A stretch of 57,502 bases of DNA, taken from contig JAHOYX010000019.1 of NCBI GenBank assembly GCA_019038705.1, forward strand, positions 1-57,502, given 5' to 3'. This stretch comes from Spirochaetales bacterium. Its GTDB lineage: Bacteria > Spirochaetota > Spirochaetia > DSM-27196 > SLST01. Below, piece by piece: positions 8,108 through 17,654 of the stretch; position 1 is the first letter of the stretch, and each line of letters opens with the position of its first letter. Position numbers and translations under genes: made by a program. The notes below the pieces were generated by a model. It had not been told where the DNA came from. It did no database searches and saw only the letters and a program-made list of their open reading frames with translations.

Positions 8108-9501
8108 CGCGGGCCTCTCCTCAGGAACACGCCCGATCCGGCATCGGTCGTGATGCCGTGCTCGGCGTCGTACACCACGCGACCTCTGACGATCGTCCGC
8201 GTGACCTTGCCGGTCAGTGTCATTCCGTCAAAGGGAGTGATCGTCCCCTTGGAGAGGAACTCGGACCCCTTCACGGTCCATTCCGCATCGGGATCGATGA
8301 GCACACAGTCACCGTCCATCCCCACCTGGAGGCTGCCCTTGCGGTGGTCCAGGCCATAGCGTCGGGCGGCGGCGCTGGATGTGAGTTCAACCAGACGGGA
8401 GAGGCCGAATCGGTCCGCGGAATAGCCTTCGCTGAACAGATAGGGCAGCAGGGTGCCCGTCCCCGGGATGCCCCCATAGTCGGTCCAGATGGAACCAGTA
8501 TGTTTCTGCGCAGCCGGGGCGGGGGCATGATCGGAGGCAACGAAGCCAAGCGTGCCGTTCGCAAGCGCCGACCACAACTGCTCGTTGTTCGGGGCGGGCC
8601 GGGGTGGCGGCGTGACCTTCAGCGGACTGCCGATATCCTCGAAATCCTCGAGTGTGAACGCCAGGTACTGCGGCCCCGTCTCCCCGGTCACGAACGGGGA
8701 ACTGCCGATGATTTGGGCGGCGCGTCCCGTTGAGACATGGACGATATGCAGGGGAGGGGAGACCGGTGGTGCGCCGCCGCCCCACGCTGCCGCTGCGAGT
8801 TCCGCGGCGTTCCGCACCGCCAGTATCTCCGTGTCCTCAGGACGGGAGTGGTAGTAGTCGATAGGTCGATTGCCGCCGCTCCGGCCGGCCTTGGCCGACC
8901 CTGCGATGGAGTCGAAGTCCTCGGCGTGGAGCAACACCGGGCGATGGAGCCCGGCCGCAATCTCCAGGACCCGCGAGAACTGTGTGTGAGTCACGCGGTT
9001 GAAGGTCTGCATCCCGGAGATGAAGTAGGTTTTGAAGCCGAGAACGTCCGGTGCGAGTTCCTCCATGGAACGGCGCGCGCCTGCCTCGAATACCTGGCCG
9101 GAAACGCCGCCGTAGAATCCGAAATCGATCACAGCCTCTTTCGAGACAACTTCCAGTTTCGTCTGGAGATTGGCAGCGCTGGTGACAGGGGGGATCGAGG
9201 TGCACGGCATGTCAATTACGGTGGTTATGCCGCCGGAAGCCGCAGCACTTGTGCCGTGCAGGAAGTCCTCCCGGTCGGTGTAACCCGGATCGTCAAAATG
9301 AACGTGCGGGTCAACTCCGCCCGGCAGCACGAGCATTCCATCCGCGTTGATAGTCTCGTGTCCGCCGTGTGGATCGGCTGAAACGCCGACCGACCTGTCG
9401 GGCACGGAAATGGCCGAGATGATGCCTTCAGAAATCGTTATGTCGGCGCGGACCGGCGTATCAACGCCGGGAAGCGCGAGAAATCCACCTGCAATGATCA
9501 C
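8104..9501 (-). CDS. Cyclic amidohydrolase (hydantoinase/allantoinase/dihydropyrimidinase family, HyuA-like)
   Basis: Has GGVDPHVHFDDPG, GFKTYF (carboxylated Lys), LLHAED, HIVHVS, KVTPPPR and ASDHAP motifs. 465 aa. Confidence 0.85.
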   Translation of the reverse strand: MIIAGGFLALPGVDTPVRADITISEGIISAISVPDRSVGVSADPHGGHETINADGMLVLPGGVDPHVHFDDPGYTDREDFLHGTSAAASGGITTVIDMPCTSIPPVTSAANLQTKLEVVSKEAVIDFGFYGGVSGQVFEAGARRSMEELAPDVLGFKTYFISGMQTFNRVTHTQFSRVLEIAAGLHRPVLLHAEDFDSIAGSAKAGRSGGNRPIDYYHSRPEDTEILAVRNAAELAAAAWGGGAPPVSPPLHIVHVSTGRAAQIIGSSPFVTGETGPQYLAFTLEDFEDIGSPLKVTPPPRPAPNNEQLWSALANGTLGFVASDHAPAPAAQKHTGSIWTDYGGIPGTGTLLPYLFSEGYSADRFGLSRLVELTSSAAARRYGLDHRKGSLQVGMDGDCVLIDPDAEWTVKGSEFLSKGTITPFDGMTLTGKVTRTIVRGRVVYDAEHGITTDAGSGVFLRRGPR

Positions 9502-11840
9502 GCGGAGGGCTCCTCCTGGGAGCGTGACTCCTGCAGTGCCTGGAAGACACGTTCCGGTGTCATCGGCAGATCATACAATCGGATGCCCACAGCATCGAAG
9601 ATGGCATTGGCTATGGCGGGAGCCGGGCCGTTGATCGCTATTTCACCCACGGACTTTGCGCCGAACGGACCGTTTTCCTCATCGGTTGGAACGAGAAAGG
9701 TCTGCATCCTGGGCATGTCGGCGGTGGTGTATATCCCGTACCGGCCGAACGCGGCGTTGGTGACTCTGCCGTCCCGGTTGAAGACGAACTGTTCGGAGAG
9801 AGCGAAGCTTATTCCGTTCACCGCCGCCCCTTCAACCTGTCCCTCAGCGAGAATCGGGTTGATCGGTTGACCGCAGTCAACGGCGCTGACAAACTCCACC
9901 ACTCGGACGACCCCGGTTTCAGGGTCCACCTCCACCTCGGCGAACTGAGCGAGGAACGGGGGCGGTGACACATCGGAGGTGTGCGATGCGTTTGCCTGCA
10001 GTTGAGCCTGGTTGACGGCATAGAAGCTCCGGTAGCCAATCTGCTCAAATGTGAACGATTTTCCTGACGCTGGATCGGTGAAACACTCGGGCTCGTGACG
10101 GAGGGTTTCCTTGTCCACCTCCAACGCTTCGGCAGCCACCGATTGGAGTTGGTCAAGCATGGCCAGCGCACACTTCTTCACCGCGCCGCCGGAGATATAG
10201 GTGGTTGACGAGGCATACGCTCCAACGTCGAACGGTGTGAGATCAGTGTCGGATGAGAGGATTTCGAACTTCTCCGGGGGTGCTTTGAGCGCTTCGGCGG
10301 CAATCTGGATCAGGATTGTATCGGACCCGGTTCCCAGATCGGTTGCGCCGACCGCGAGATTGAACGATCCGTCCTCGTTGAGTTTAATGGAGGCGCCGCC
10401 CATGTCGATTTTCGGAATCCCCGAGCCTTGCATCATGACTGCAGCACCAACTCCGCGGATGGCGCCGTTCGCGCCGCGCTGCTTTCGGCCGCGCTTCTCC
10501 TTCCAGCCGATTGCCGCGGCGCCTACATCTATGCACTCGCCCAGGCCGCAACTGCCGATGACCTGACTCACCCCTTCCTTGCCTTCTCCGAGTATGCGGA
10601 AGATGTCCGAGGTTTCTCCCTCTTTGATGTGCCACTTCTTGCAGTAGTCCAGGAAGTCGACCCCCAGCTTGCGGGCGATCATGTCAATGTGCTGATTGAA
10701 CCCGAAGTAACTCTGCGTCGCGCCGTACCCTCGATAGGCCCCACCGACTGGAAGATTGGTATAGACCGAGCTTCCGGTGAAGAGCATATTCGGGATCTTG
10801 TTGAACAGCGGCAGCACCTTTGCCCCGGCGTTTGAGAGGACCGTGAGTCCGTGCGAGCCATAGGCGCCGGAGTCCATGAGCGCGTCCATCACGAGCGCGG
10901 TAATCTCCCCGTTGTTCTTGACACCCATCTTGAAGTCCACGCGCATCGGGTGGCGGGTCCGTGAAGAGACAAAAACCTCGCTCCGCGTGAACTCGCAGAA
11001 CGTGGATCGGCCCGTCCTCAACGTCGCCAGTGCGGCGTACGGTTCCAGAAGAACCTCCTGCTTACCGCCGAAACCTCCCCCTATTCGAGGTTTGATGACA
11101 CGAATTCGTTGAATGGGAATGTCCAGAACCCGACCCACGATTCTCCGCACGTGGAACGGGACCTGTGTGGCGGTGACGAGAACGACGCGATCCCTTGGGT
11201 CCAGGTAGCAGGCAACAACGTGCGGCTCCATCGCCGCATGCGATGCCTGGTGGGTCGTGTAGCGATGCTCCACGATGAAGTCGGCTTCCTTCATCCCGGA
11301 TTCGACATCGCCGAGCGGTATGTTGAGGCCCGCACAGACGTTCTCCTCCGGCTGATAGCGCACCGGGATTGGCATATATTCGCCGTCCGCGTGCAGTCGT
11401 GGTGAATCCGGGTCTCTCGCCAATTCGGGGTCAAACAGTGCGGGCAAAGGGTCCATTTCCAGGTCAATGAGGGAAATGGCCTCTTCAGCAATCTCGGACG
11501 TCTCGGCCGCAACCATGCAGATGCGGTCACCGACGAAGCGCACCTTGTGATCAAAGAGCCGGTTGTCGTACGCGGATGGTTCGGGGTAGCCCTGCCCCGC
11601 GGTCGTGTAGAACGTGTCGGGGCAGTTCCAGAAGTGAAAAACACCGGCGACTCCGTCAAGTGCCTCGGCCCGTGACGCGTCCAGTGAAACGATGTCGGCG
11701 TGGGCAAGATCGGAGTACATGAACTTGAGCACGAGCGGTGAATCCAGCGGATAGTCCGCAGTGAAGGGTTCGGTTCCCATGGCCAGGGACAGGGCGTCTA
11801 TCTTCTTCACTGACTTGCCGACGGTGGTGTAATCAGCCAT
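9498..11840 (-). CDS. Molybdopterin-binding large subunit, xanthine dehydrogenase family (780 aa; Mo part of an XdhD-like enzyme)
   Basis: Has [11 protein letters not shown] and [10 protein letters not shown] motifs. 8-nt overlap with the upstream 2Fe-2S gene. Confidence 0.9.
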   Translation of the reverse strand: MADYTTVGKSVKKIDALSLAMGTEPFTADYPLDSPLVLKFMYSDLAHADIVSLDASRAEALDGVAGVFHFWNCPDTFYTTAGQGYPEPSAYDNRLFDHKVRFVGDRICMVAAETSEIAEEAISLIDLEMDPLPALFDPELARDPDSPRLHADGEYMPIPVRYQPEENVCAGLNIPLGDVESGMKEADFIVEHRYTTHQASHAAMEPHVVACYLDPRDRVVLVTATQVPFHVRRIVGRVLDIPIQRIRVIKPRIGGGFGGKQEVLLEPYAALATLRTGRSTFCEFTRSEVFVSSRTRHPMRVDFKMGVKNNGEITALVMDALMDSGAYGSHGLTVLSNAGAKVLPLFNKIPNMLFTGSSVYTNLPVGGAYRGYGATQSYFGFNQHIDMIARKLGVDFLDYCKKWHIKEGETSDIFRILGEGKEGVSQVIGSCGLGECIDVGAAAIGWKEKRGRKQRGANGAIRGVGAAVMMQGSGIPKIDMGGASIKLNEDGSFNLAVGATDLGTGSDTILIQIAAEALKAPPEKFEILSSDTDLTPFDVGAYASSTTYISGGAVKKCALAMLDQLQSVAAEALEVDKETLRHEPECFTDPASGKSFTFEQIGYRSFYAVNQAQLQANASHTSDVSPPPFLAQFAEVEVDPETGVVRVVEFVSAVDCGQPINPILAEGQVEGAAVNGISFALSEQFVFNRDGRVTNAAFGRYGIYTTADMPRMQTFLVPTDEENGPFGAKSVGEIAINGPAPAIANAIFDAVGIRLYDLPMTPERVFQALQESRSQEEPSA

Positions 11841-12300
11841 CTTTTCGCATCCTTTTACAGGCCAGTTTGACTGCGTCGAAGATCTTCACGTATCCGGTGC
11901 ATCGGCAGAGGTTGCCGACGAGTCCTAGCCGGATTTCCTCATCGGTGGGGTCCGGAGTGGTTGTCAGCAGTGAGTGTGTCGCCATAACCATGCCGGGCGT
12001 GCAAAACCCGCACTGAACCGCCCCGGCATCGGCAAAAGACTCATGGATCACATGGGGGCGTCCATCGCCGTTCAGGCCGCTACTGGTTGTCACCTTCTTG
12101 CCCAGTGCGGTGGCGGCAAATACCTGGCACGAGTTGACCAGGAGATCGTCCAGGAGGACCAGGCAGGTTCCACATTCGCCCTTTGAGCAGCCCCGCTTCA
12201 CCTCTGTGTGCCCATTGTCACGGAGCACATCCAGAAGCGTGTCGGCCGGGTCAAAATCGATTTCAATCTGCGCGCCGTTCACTATGATGGTGCCGTTCAT
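11833..12300 (-). CDS. [2Fe-2S]-binding small subunit of molybdenum hydroxylase
   Basis: Has [21 protein letters not shown] and CRCTGY motifs. 155 aa. ATGA overlap with the FAD subunit gene. Confidence 0.9.
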   Translation of the reverse strand: MNGTIIVNGAQIEIDFDPADTLLDVLRDNGHTEVKRGCSKGECGTCLVLLDDLLVNSCQVFAATALGKKVTTSSGLNGDGRPHVIHESFADAGAVQCGFCTPGMVMATHSLLTTTPDPTDEEIRLGLVGNLCRCTGYVKIFDAVKLACKRMRKDG

Positions 12301-13103
12301 GTTGCGTTCCTCTCTGCCCCACGGAGTCCCCGGGTGATCGCCACCGCGGCCAGATGCGTGAGATATTCGCCGCTGAACCCCTGACGGTCGGGAAAGCCCG
12401 CTCCGAGGTCCGCAGGTGTGACTTCAACGGCCGGCTGCGATGTCCCGCGGATCTCATTCTCGACCGCTTCGAGCCGCTTGAATCTTCCCCGATTGCCGGT
12501 GAGCACAATCCGGCAGTCTGAGATGGATGTGCCGTCCAACTCGGTCAATACAACCACGGTGAACAGCGGATAGTTGAAGTGCGTCGGGGCGAATCGGTAC
12601 CAGTGGCTCTCCCACTCCCGGCTCGCATCCGCTCGGATCTCGGTAATTGCAGTCTCTGCTCCGAGTTCGCGATTTCCGATGTACTCCGACACCGGATAGG
12701 TGCCCGTTGTGGCGCCAACGATGGTCAGTTCGGCGTCCAGCGCGACCAGCGGTCCCACCACACTGCTCCACGGCGGAAAGAGGGCGAGGCTGCCGCCGAT
12801 GGTTATGCGGTTTCGGAGGGCGGGCGATGCGGCATCGTACAACGCCCTCGCCACGATATGACCAGGCCGGGCTGCCGCGATTGCAGATGCGGCGGCGGTG
12901 AACGTTGCGGCGCCTCCAATCCGTACGGATCCGTCGGTGACACGTACCGAAGCGATTCCAACGCCCGAGAGATCCGCCAGTGAACCGGACTGCGGGACAT
13001 TTCGCATGAATCCGGTCCCACCACCGTGCGGCCGCGTATCATTTTTCAGACATTCTGTGAGTTCATCTACAGATTTTGGGTAGACCCAGGTTACTTTGCT
13101 CAT
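12297..13103 (-). CDS. FAD-binding subunit of molybdenum hydroxylase (YgfM/CoxM-like, divergent)
   Basis: Has HGGGTGF and RNRITIGGSLA motifs. 268 aa. It occupies the position of ygfM in the E. coli order ssnA-ygfM-xdhD. Confidence 0.8.
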   Translation of the reverse strand: MSKVTWVYPKSVDELTECLKNDTRPHGGGTGFMRNVPQSGSLADLSGVGIASVRVTDGSVRIGGAATFTAAASAIAAARPGHIVARALYDAASPALRNRITIGGSLALFPPWSSVVGPLVALDAELTIVGATTGTYPVSEYIGNRELGAETAITEIRADASREWESHWYRFAPTHFNYPLFTVVVLTELDGTSISDCRIVLTGNRGRFKRLEAVENEIRGTSQPAVEVTPADLGAGFPDRQGFSGEYLTHLAAVAITRGLRGAERNAT

Positions 13104-13127
13104 TCAGATCTCATACCTCGTTGAGTC

Positions 13128-13156
13128 ATTGTCTGTCGACATTGGCGTGGAGTCAA
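13128..13156 (-). promoter_or_regulatory. Putative internal sigma70-like promoter, TTGACT-N17-GACAAT (minus-strand reading)
   Basis: On the plus strand, AGTCAA is at 13151..13156 and ATTGTC at 13128..13133, with a 17-nt spacer. It lies in the 86-nt gap before the FAD subunit gene. It shares ACAGACAATG with the element at 17655..17683. Confidence 0.3.
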
Positions 13157-13189
13157 GATTATTGTTCCACTGCATCGCGGGGCGGAAAG

Positions 13190-14524
13190 CTACGGTGCAA
13201 TCCCGTTCATCCGCCCCCAGAGTGCTTCCGCCTGTCCCCTGGCTTCTTCATAGATCGGGGCGATATCGAGACTGAAGATCCGATCCTCCATGACGAGACG
13301 CCCGTTCACCATGACCGTCTCGACGACGCCCGATCCCATACCAAACACCATGTGCCCGGCGATATTTTCCGGAACCAGCGGTGTTGGTGATAGGTAGTTG
13401 GCCACCACCAGGTCCGCCTTGTAGCCCGGCTCGATCCGGCCGAACTTCGCGCCGTAGACCCGCTCCAGGAGCCGGTTGCCGGCGGCCAGCGCGCCGAGGA
13501 AGTCTCCGGGCCACCATGCGCCGCCTTCGTCCTTGTGTTTGAAGTAGGCGGCCTTGATCTCCTCGAACATATCCGCGCCGATGCCGTCGGTGCCCAGCCC
13601 CAGGTTCTTCACCTCGGGGATACGCTTCGTGTAGCCCACATTGTTGTTCATGTTGGATCGTGCGTTGTGGATCAGGAAGGAATCCCGTTCGTTGAGGGCC
13701 GCAATCTCCTCGGAGGAGAGGTGGACGCCGTGCACCAGGAGCGTCTTGTCGGACAGGAGTCCGAAGCTGTCCAGCCGCGGGATGAGATCCTTGCCGTATG
13801 TCGCGTGGCTGTGGGACACGTCGTAGCGGTCTTCCGCCAGGTGGACGTGGAAGCCGCGACCGGTCTTCTCGCAGGCGTCGGCGATCAGTTTGAGCGCTTC
13901 GTCGGGCAGGGTCACCGGCGCGTGGCCGCCGATATGAGCTTCGGTCAGGCCGGACCAGGTTCCTTTCGCTTTCTCTGCATCAATCCCTTGCGCGAAGGCG
14001 ACGTTTTCCTCGACGCCGGCGATCATGTCATCGCGGCCGCGCCGGTCGCTCACCTCGTAACAGGTCGCTCCCCGAAGTCCTGTTTCCTCGAACGCCTTCT
14101 TGAGCACGTTCAAGCTGCCGGTGATGAACTGTGGGGACGCGTGGTGATCAATCACGGCCGTGGTGCCCGCGCGGATCGCGTCAATGGAGCAGATGAGCCC
14201 TGAGCTGTAGAGGCTCGCCTCGTCGATTGCCCGGTCCAGTCGCCACCACAGGTTCCTGAGAATCGATACGAAATCGGGGGTGGGCCCGATATCGGCCATG
14301 ATCCCTCTTGCGAGCCCCGAATACATATGATGGTGGCTGCAGACCAGGCCCGGGAAGAGGATCTTCCCGCCCGCATCGACCGTCTTGTCTTCTGCGACGA
14401 GGCCGGCGACCGTAAGATTGCGGCCCACCTCCTTGATCACGTCGTCCTCGACGAGGAGGTCGGTTCCCTCCCGTACGCGGGCCGGATCAAATTCGACCAG
14501 GGTTGCGTTCTTGAACAGCGTCAT
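13190..14524 (-). CDS. ssnA: SsnA-like amidohydrolase, paralog 2 (positional equivalent of E. coli ssnA, directly after ygfK)
   Basis: Has FPGLVCSHHHMYSGLARG, NLWWRLD and DHHAS motifs. 444 aa. Its start codon shares 1 nt with the ygfK-like stop (TAATG). Confidence 0.8.
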   Translation of the reverse strand: MTLFKNATLVEFDPARVREGTDLLVEDDVIKEVGRNLTVAGLVAEDKTVDAGGKILFPGLVCSHHHMYSGLARGIMADIGPTPDFVSILRNLWWRLDRAIDEASLYSSGLICSIDAIRAGTTAVIDHHASPQFITGSLNVLKKAFEETGLRGATCYEVSDRRGRDDMIAGVEENVAFAQGIDAEKAKGTWSGLTEAHIGGHAPVTLPDEALKLIADACEKTGRGFHVHLAEDRYDVSHSHATYGKDLIPRLDSFGLLSDKTLLVHGVHLSSEEIAALNERDSFLIHNARSNMNNNVGYTKRIPEVKNLGLGTDGIGADMFEEIKAAYFKHKDEGGAWWPGDFLGALAAGNRLLERVYGAKFGRIEPGYKADLVVANYLSPTPLVPENIAGHMVFGMGSGVVETVMVNGRLVMEDRIFSLDIAPIYEEARGQAEALWGRMNGIAP

Positions 14525-17500
14525 TACTTGACCTCCTCCAGCACGGGCCCGAAGAGGTGGGGCCGCGACTCGTGAACGATGGTGAAGAGTCGGAAGAAGT
14601 GCTCGTCCTGGGGCAGCTCTGCGAGGGGCATAGTGGCCTCCGTGCCGTTCTGCCTGTATCGCAGTGCATCCCCTTCAATGAGCCAGCCTGGGTTCTCCGA
14701 GTTGGCGAAGTCCTGCGCCGTCGAGAACACGGTGGGCTTATCGATGTAGGGACGGCCCTCCCAGGGGCAGAAGTTGCCGCAGTTCCCGCACTCGTTGCAG
14801 TAGGCGTCCACGTGCACGATCTCGTAGGGGTTGGAGAAGAGTGCCTCACCGGAGACCGGGGTCGCCAGGTTCGCCCGATTGGGACAGACGTCCACGCACT
14901 TGTTGCAGATATAGTCGCACTCGAGGCATCGGGAGAGTTCGGTCCTGCCGAAGGCCGCCGGCACGTAATCTGTGCGGGCATTCGGTTTCGCGGTGATCTT
15001 CTCCTTCTTCACTCGGATTTGCTCGTTTCGCTGGTCGGGATCCATGAAGGGCAGGGCTTCCACCCGCTCCCATCCGGCCTCTTCTTTCACGCAGATCGCG
15101 TCGGAAGCCCGCCGCCCCTCAGCGATACACCGCACGACTGTGGAGGTCCCGGTCCGGCTGTCCCCGATCAGGAACACGTTCTCGGACTCGGTCTCGCCTC
15201 CCTCCCTTGTGGCCACTTTGCCCCTGGAGTTCACGGTGAAACCCAATCCCTCCAGGAGTTTGGCGTCGGGGTCATCCCCGATCGCGTAGACAACGGAGTC
15301 CACCTTGAGCGTCTCGGTGGTGTCGGTGGGCACCGGGCGCCGCCGTCCGGAGGCATCCACCTCGCCTAATTCCATCACCCGGACGGTCAGTTCGCCGTCC
15401 TCAAAGCGTTCAGGGTTGCGCAGCCACTTGAAGGCCACATTCTCCTCGATGGCGTCTTCGTACTCCTCGCGACTCGCCGGCATCTGCTCAAAGGCCCGCC
15501 GGTAGACGATGGTCGCTTCCTCCACTCCCGGGCAGCGCAGGGCTGATCGGGCGCAGTCCATCGCCGTGTCACCGGCACCGATGACCACGACCCGTTTCCC
15601 CATCCGGAGCTTCGAACTGTCGCGGTTGAACTGGGTCAGGAAGGGCAGGGACGCGACCATGTTTTCGCCCGGGCCTTCAATGGGCAGGGTCCGGTTCTGG
15701 TAGCTTCCCAGCCCCAGGACGATGTAGTCGTAACCCCTGGCCTTGAGGTCGGTCAGGCCGAACGTCTCATCGACACTGAACACAAACTCGACCCCCTGGT
15801 CCCGGATATGGTCCACGTCGCTTGCGATGGCCTCACGGCTGATCCGGAAATGAGGCACCACGTATTGCACAATGCCACCGGCGTCTTTCTCCCGTTCGAA
15901 CACGGTGACGGAGAAGCCCTCGCGGACCAGGAAATATGCCGCCGACAGACCCGCGGGGCCGGCGCCCACCACCGCGACTTTGGCGTCGCGGCTGACCTCC
16001 GGCTTCCTCCATCGGGTCTTGTACTCCTCCATCCCGTGCAGAACGGCCAGCTTTTTCACCTCCCGGATGTTGATACAGCCTTCGTAATCCAGGCGGGTGC
16101 ACACGAGCTGGCACTGGTGGTCGCAGATGTTTCCGGTCATGGAGGGCAGGGCGTTGCGTTCGTAGATCGTTTCGAGGGCCTCGCCGTAGCGGCCTTCGCC
16201 CACGAGGCGGATGTATTCGGGAATGTGCTGACCGATGGCGCAGGCGGTAACGCAGGGAGCCTCGTAGCAATCGAAGACCGGCAGGGGCCCGGGGCTGCGC
16301 ACCTCGTCGGTGCCCCGGAACTCCTTGGTGATGGTCTCCTCGGAGAGGGCACGCCGGGCAAGTGCTTTGAGCGCCTCCACGTCTATGCCTTCCCGGTCCC
16401 ATTGATCGATCTCTTCAATCGCCCTTGCCATCTGCGCCTGTCGGAGGTAGCCGCCGGGCTTCAGCAAGTCGGTGGCCATGGTAATGGGCCGGATCCCCGT
16501 CTCGAAGACCGCTTTCACGTTGTGGATGGTAATGCCCCCGGAGTAGGAAATGGGCAGGTCGCCGCCGAAGTGCTCGCTGAGCTGCGCCGCCAAATTGATG
16601 GACAGGGGGAAGAGGGCGCGGCCGGACATGTACATCTCGTCCCCGGGCAGTGCGTTCCGGTTGTTCGCGCACCCCAGGGTGTTGGTGAGCTTCACGCCGA
16701 ACGTGAGGCCCTCGTGCGCCGCCACCTCGCGCAGACGGGTCAGCATGGGGATAGCGTCGATATACTGCAGATCGTGGGAGAAACCCTCGGGATCCAGGTC
16801 CACGTAGCCGTAGCCCAGTTCGTCCAGGATCTCCCGCACCCGGTCGAAACCAAGCAGGGTCGGGTTGAGTTTGACGTAGGTGTCCAGTTTCTGCTCGGTG
16901 AGCATGTAGGAGCAGATCGACTCGATTTCGTGGGGGGGGCAGCCGTGCATTGTGGACAGGGTCACCGAACCGCATATCTTCGCGGGGATCTTGTCGGCGA
17001 AGGCTCGCAGGTCCTGTGCCCTTTCGGGGAAGTACCGTGATGCGACATCGACCATCTCGCCAATCCAGCTCGTGAACTGCTGTTCGTCCCCGGAGTCCTT
17101 CATGCGGCGGAGGTACTGCTGCATCCGATCGGTCTTGATGCCCTCGAGGTCGTATCCAACGCTCATGTTGAAGATGAACGAGCGTCCCGAAGGTCCTTTC
17201 TTGAAGCCAAAGAGTTCCTCGATCAGGTGCAGGAGGATCCAGGCCTTTGCGTACTCCATCCAGGCCTCGGTGAGGGAAAGCTCGGTGGACCACTCGGTGT
17301 TGAAGCCCTCGTCGCAGGCATCGATACAGGGCTTGTCGATCTCCAGGGAATCCAGGATCTGCACGGTTTTCAACTCGATGAATCGGCTTCCGGTGAGGTA
17401 GGAGGTCAGGATATTCATGGCCAGCTGCGTGTGGGGACCGGCCGCGGGGCCGAGCACGGTGCCGCAGGTCTCGCCCAACAGGTCGATACCCCGCTCGTCC

Positions 17501-17616
17501 ATCTTCCGATACCAGGAACTCTCATGGATATCCATGATCGTCCCCTGCGCCTTGTACTCCTCGAAAACCCGCTCCAGCAATTCGGTAAGACCAACCAATC
17601 TCATTTTGTCGCCCAT
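14524..17616 (-). CDS. ygfK: YgfK-like multidomain Fe-S flavoprotein ('putative selenate reductase subunit YgfK'; DPD/GltD-like)
   Basis: About 1030 aa. Has the Fe-S motif CYEAPCVTAC, Rossmann motifs KVAVVGAGPAGLSAAYFL and RVVVIGAGDTAMDCAR, and C-terminal ferredoxin motifs CLECDYICNKCVDVCP and CNECGNCGNFCP. The ORF track starts at GTG 17634; I prefer ATG 17616, which has GGAGGA 4 nt upstream. Confidence 0.9.
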   Translation of the reverse strand: MGDKMRLVGLTELLERVFEEYKAQGTIMDIHESSWYRKMDERGIDLLGETCGTVLGPAAGPHTQLAMNILTSYLTGSRFIELKTVQILDSLEIDKPCIDACDEGFNTEWSTELSLTEAWMEYAKAWILLHLIEELFGFKKGPSGRSFIFNMSVGYDLEGIKTDRMQQYLRRMKDSGDEQQFTSWIGEMVDVASRYFPERAQDLRAFADKIPAKICGSVTLSTMHGCPPHEIESICSYMLTEQKLDTYVKLNPTLLGFDRVREILDELGYGYVDLDPEGFSHDLQYIDAIPMLTRLREVAAHEGLTFGVKLTNTLGCANNRNALPGDEMYMSGRALFPLSINLAAQLSEHFGGDLPISYSGGITIHNVKAVFETGIRPITMATDLLKPGGYLRQAQMARAIEEIDQWDREGIDVEALKALARRALSEETITKEFRGTDEVRSPGPLPVFDCYEAPCVTACAIGQHIPEYIRLVGEGRYGEALETIYERNALPSMTGNICDHQCQLVCTRLDYEGCINIREVKKLAVLHGMEEYKTRWRKPEVSRDAKVAVVGAGPAGLSAAYFLVREGFSVTVFEREKDAGGIVQYVVPHFRISREAIASDVDHIRDQGVEFVFSVDETFGLTDLKARGYDYIVLGLGSYQNRTLPIEGPGENMVASLPFLTQFNRDSSKLRMGKRVVVIGAGDTAMDCARSALRCPGVEEATIVYRRAFEQMPASREEYEDAIEENVAFKWLRNPERFEDGELTVRVMELGEVDASGRRRPVPTDTTETLKVDSVVYAIGDDPDAKLLEGLGFTVNSRGKVATREGGETESENVFLIGDSRTGTSTVVRCIAEGRRASDAICVKEEAGWERVEALPFMDPDQRNEQIRVKKEKITAKPNARTDYVPAAFGRTELSRCLECDYICNKCVDVCPNRANLATPVSGEALFSNPYEIVHVDAYCNECGNCGNFCPWEGRPYIDKPTVFSTAQDFANSENPGWLIEGDALRYRQNGTEATMPLAELPQDEHFFRLFTIVHESRPHLFGPVLEEVK

Positions 17617-17654
17617 GCGATCCTCCTGCTCCACGCCTTCACTGCGGGGCTGCC

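Noticed and set aside
1-17634. Selenocysteine recoding (in-frame TGA) in the 'selenium-associated' cluster genes
   Set aside because: All 13 CDS are uninterrupted and of normal length for their families, so no TGA-bridged split ORFs are needed. Any selenium dependence would be through a labile cofactor ligand, not Sec.
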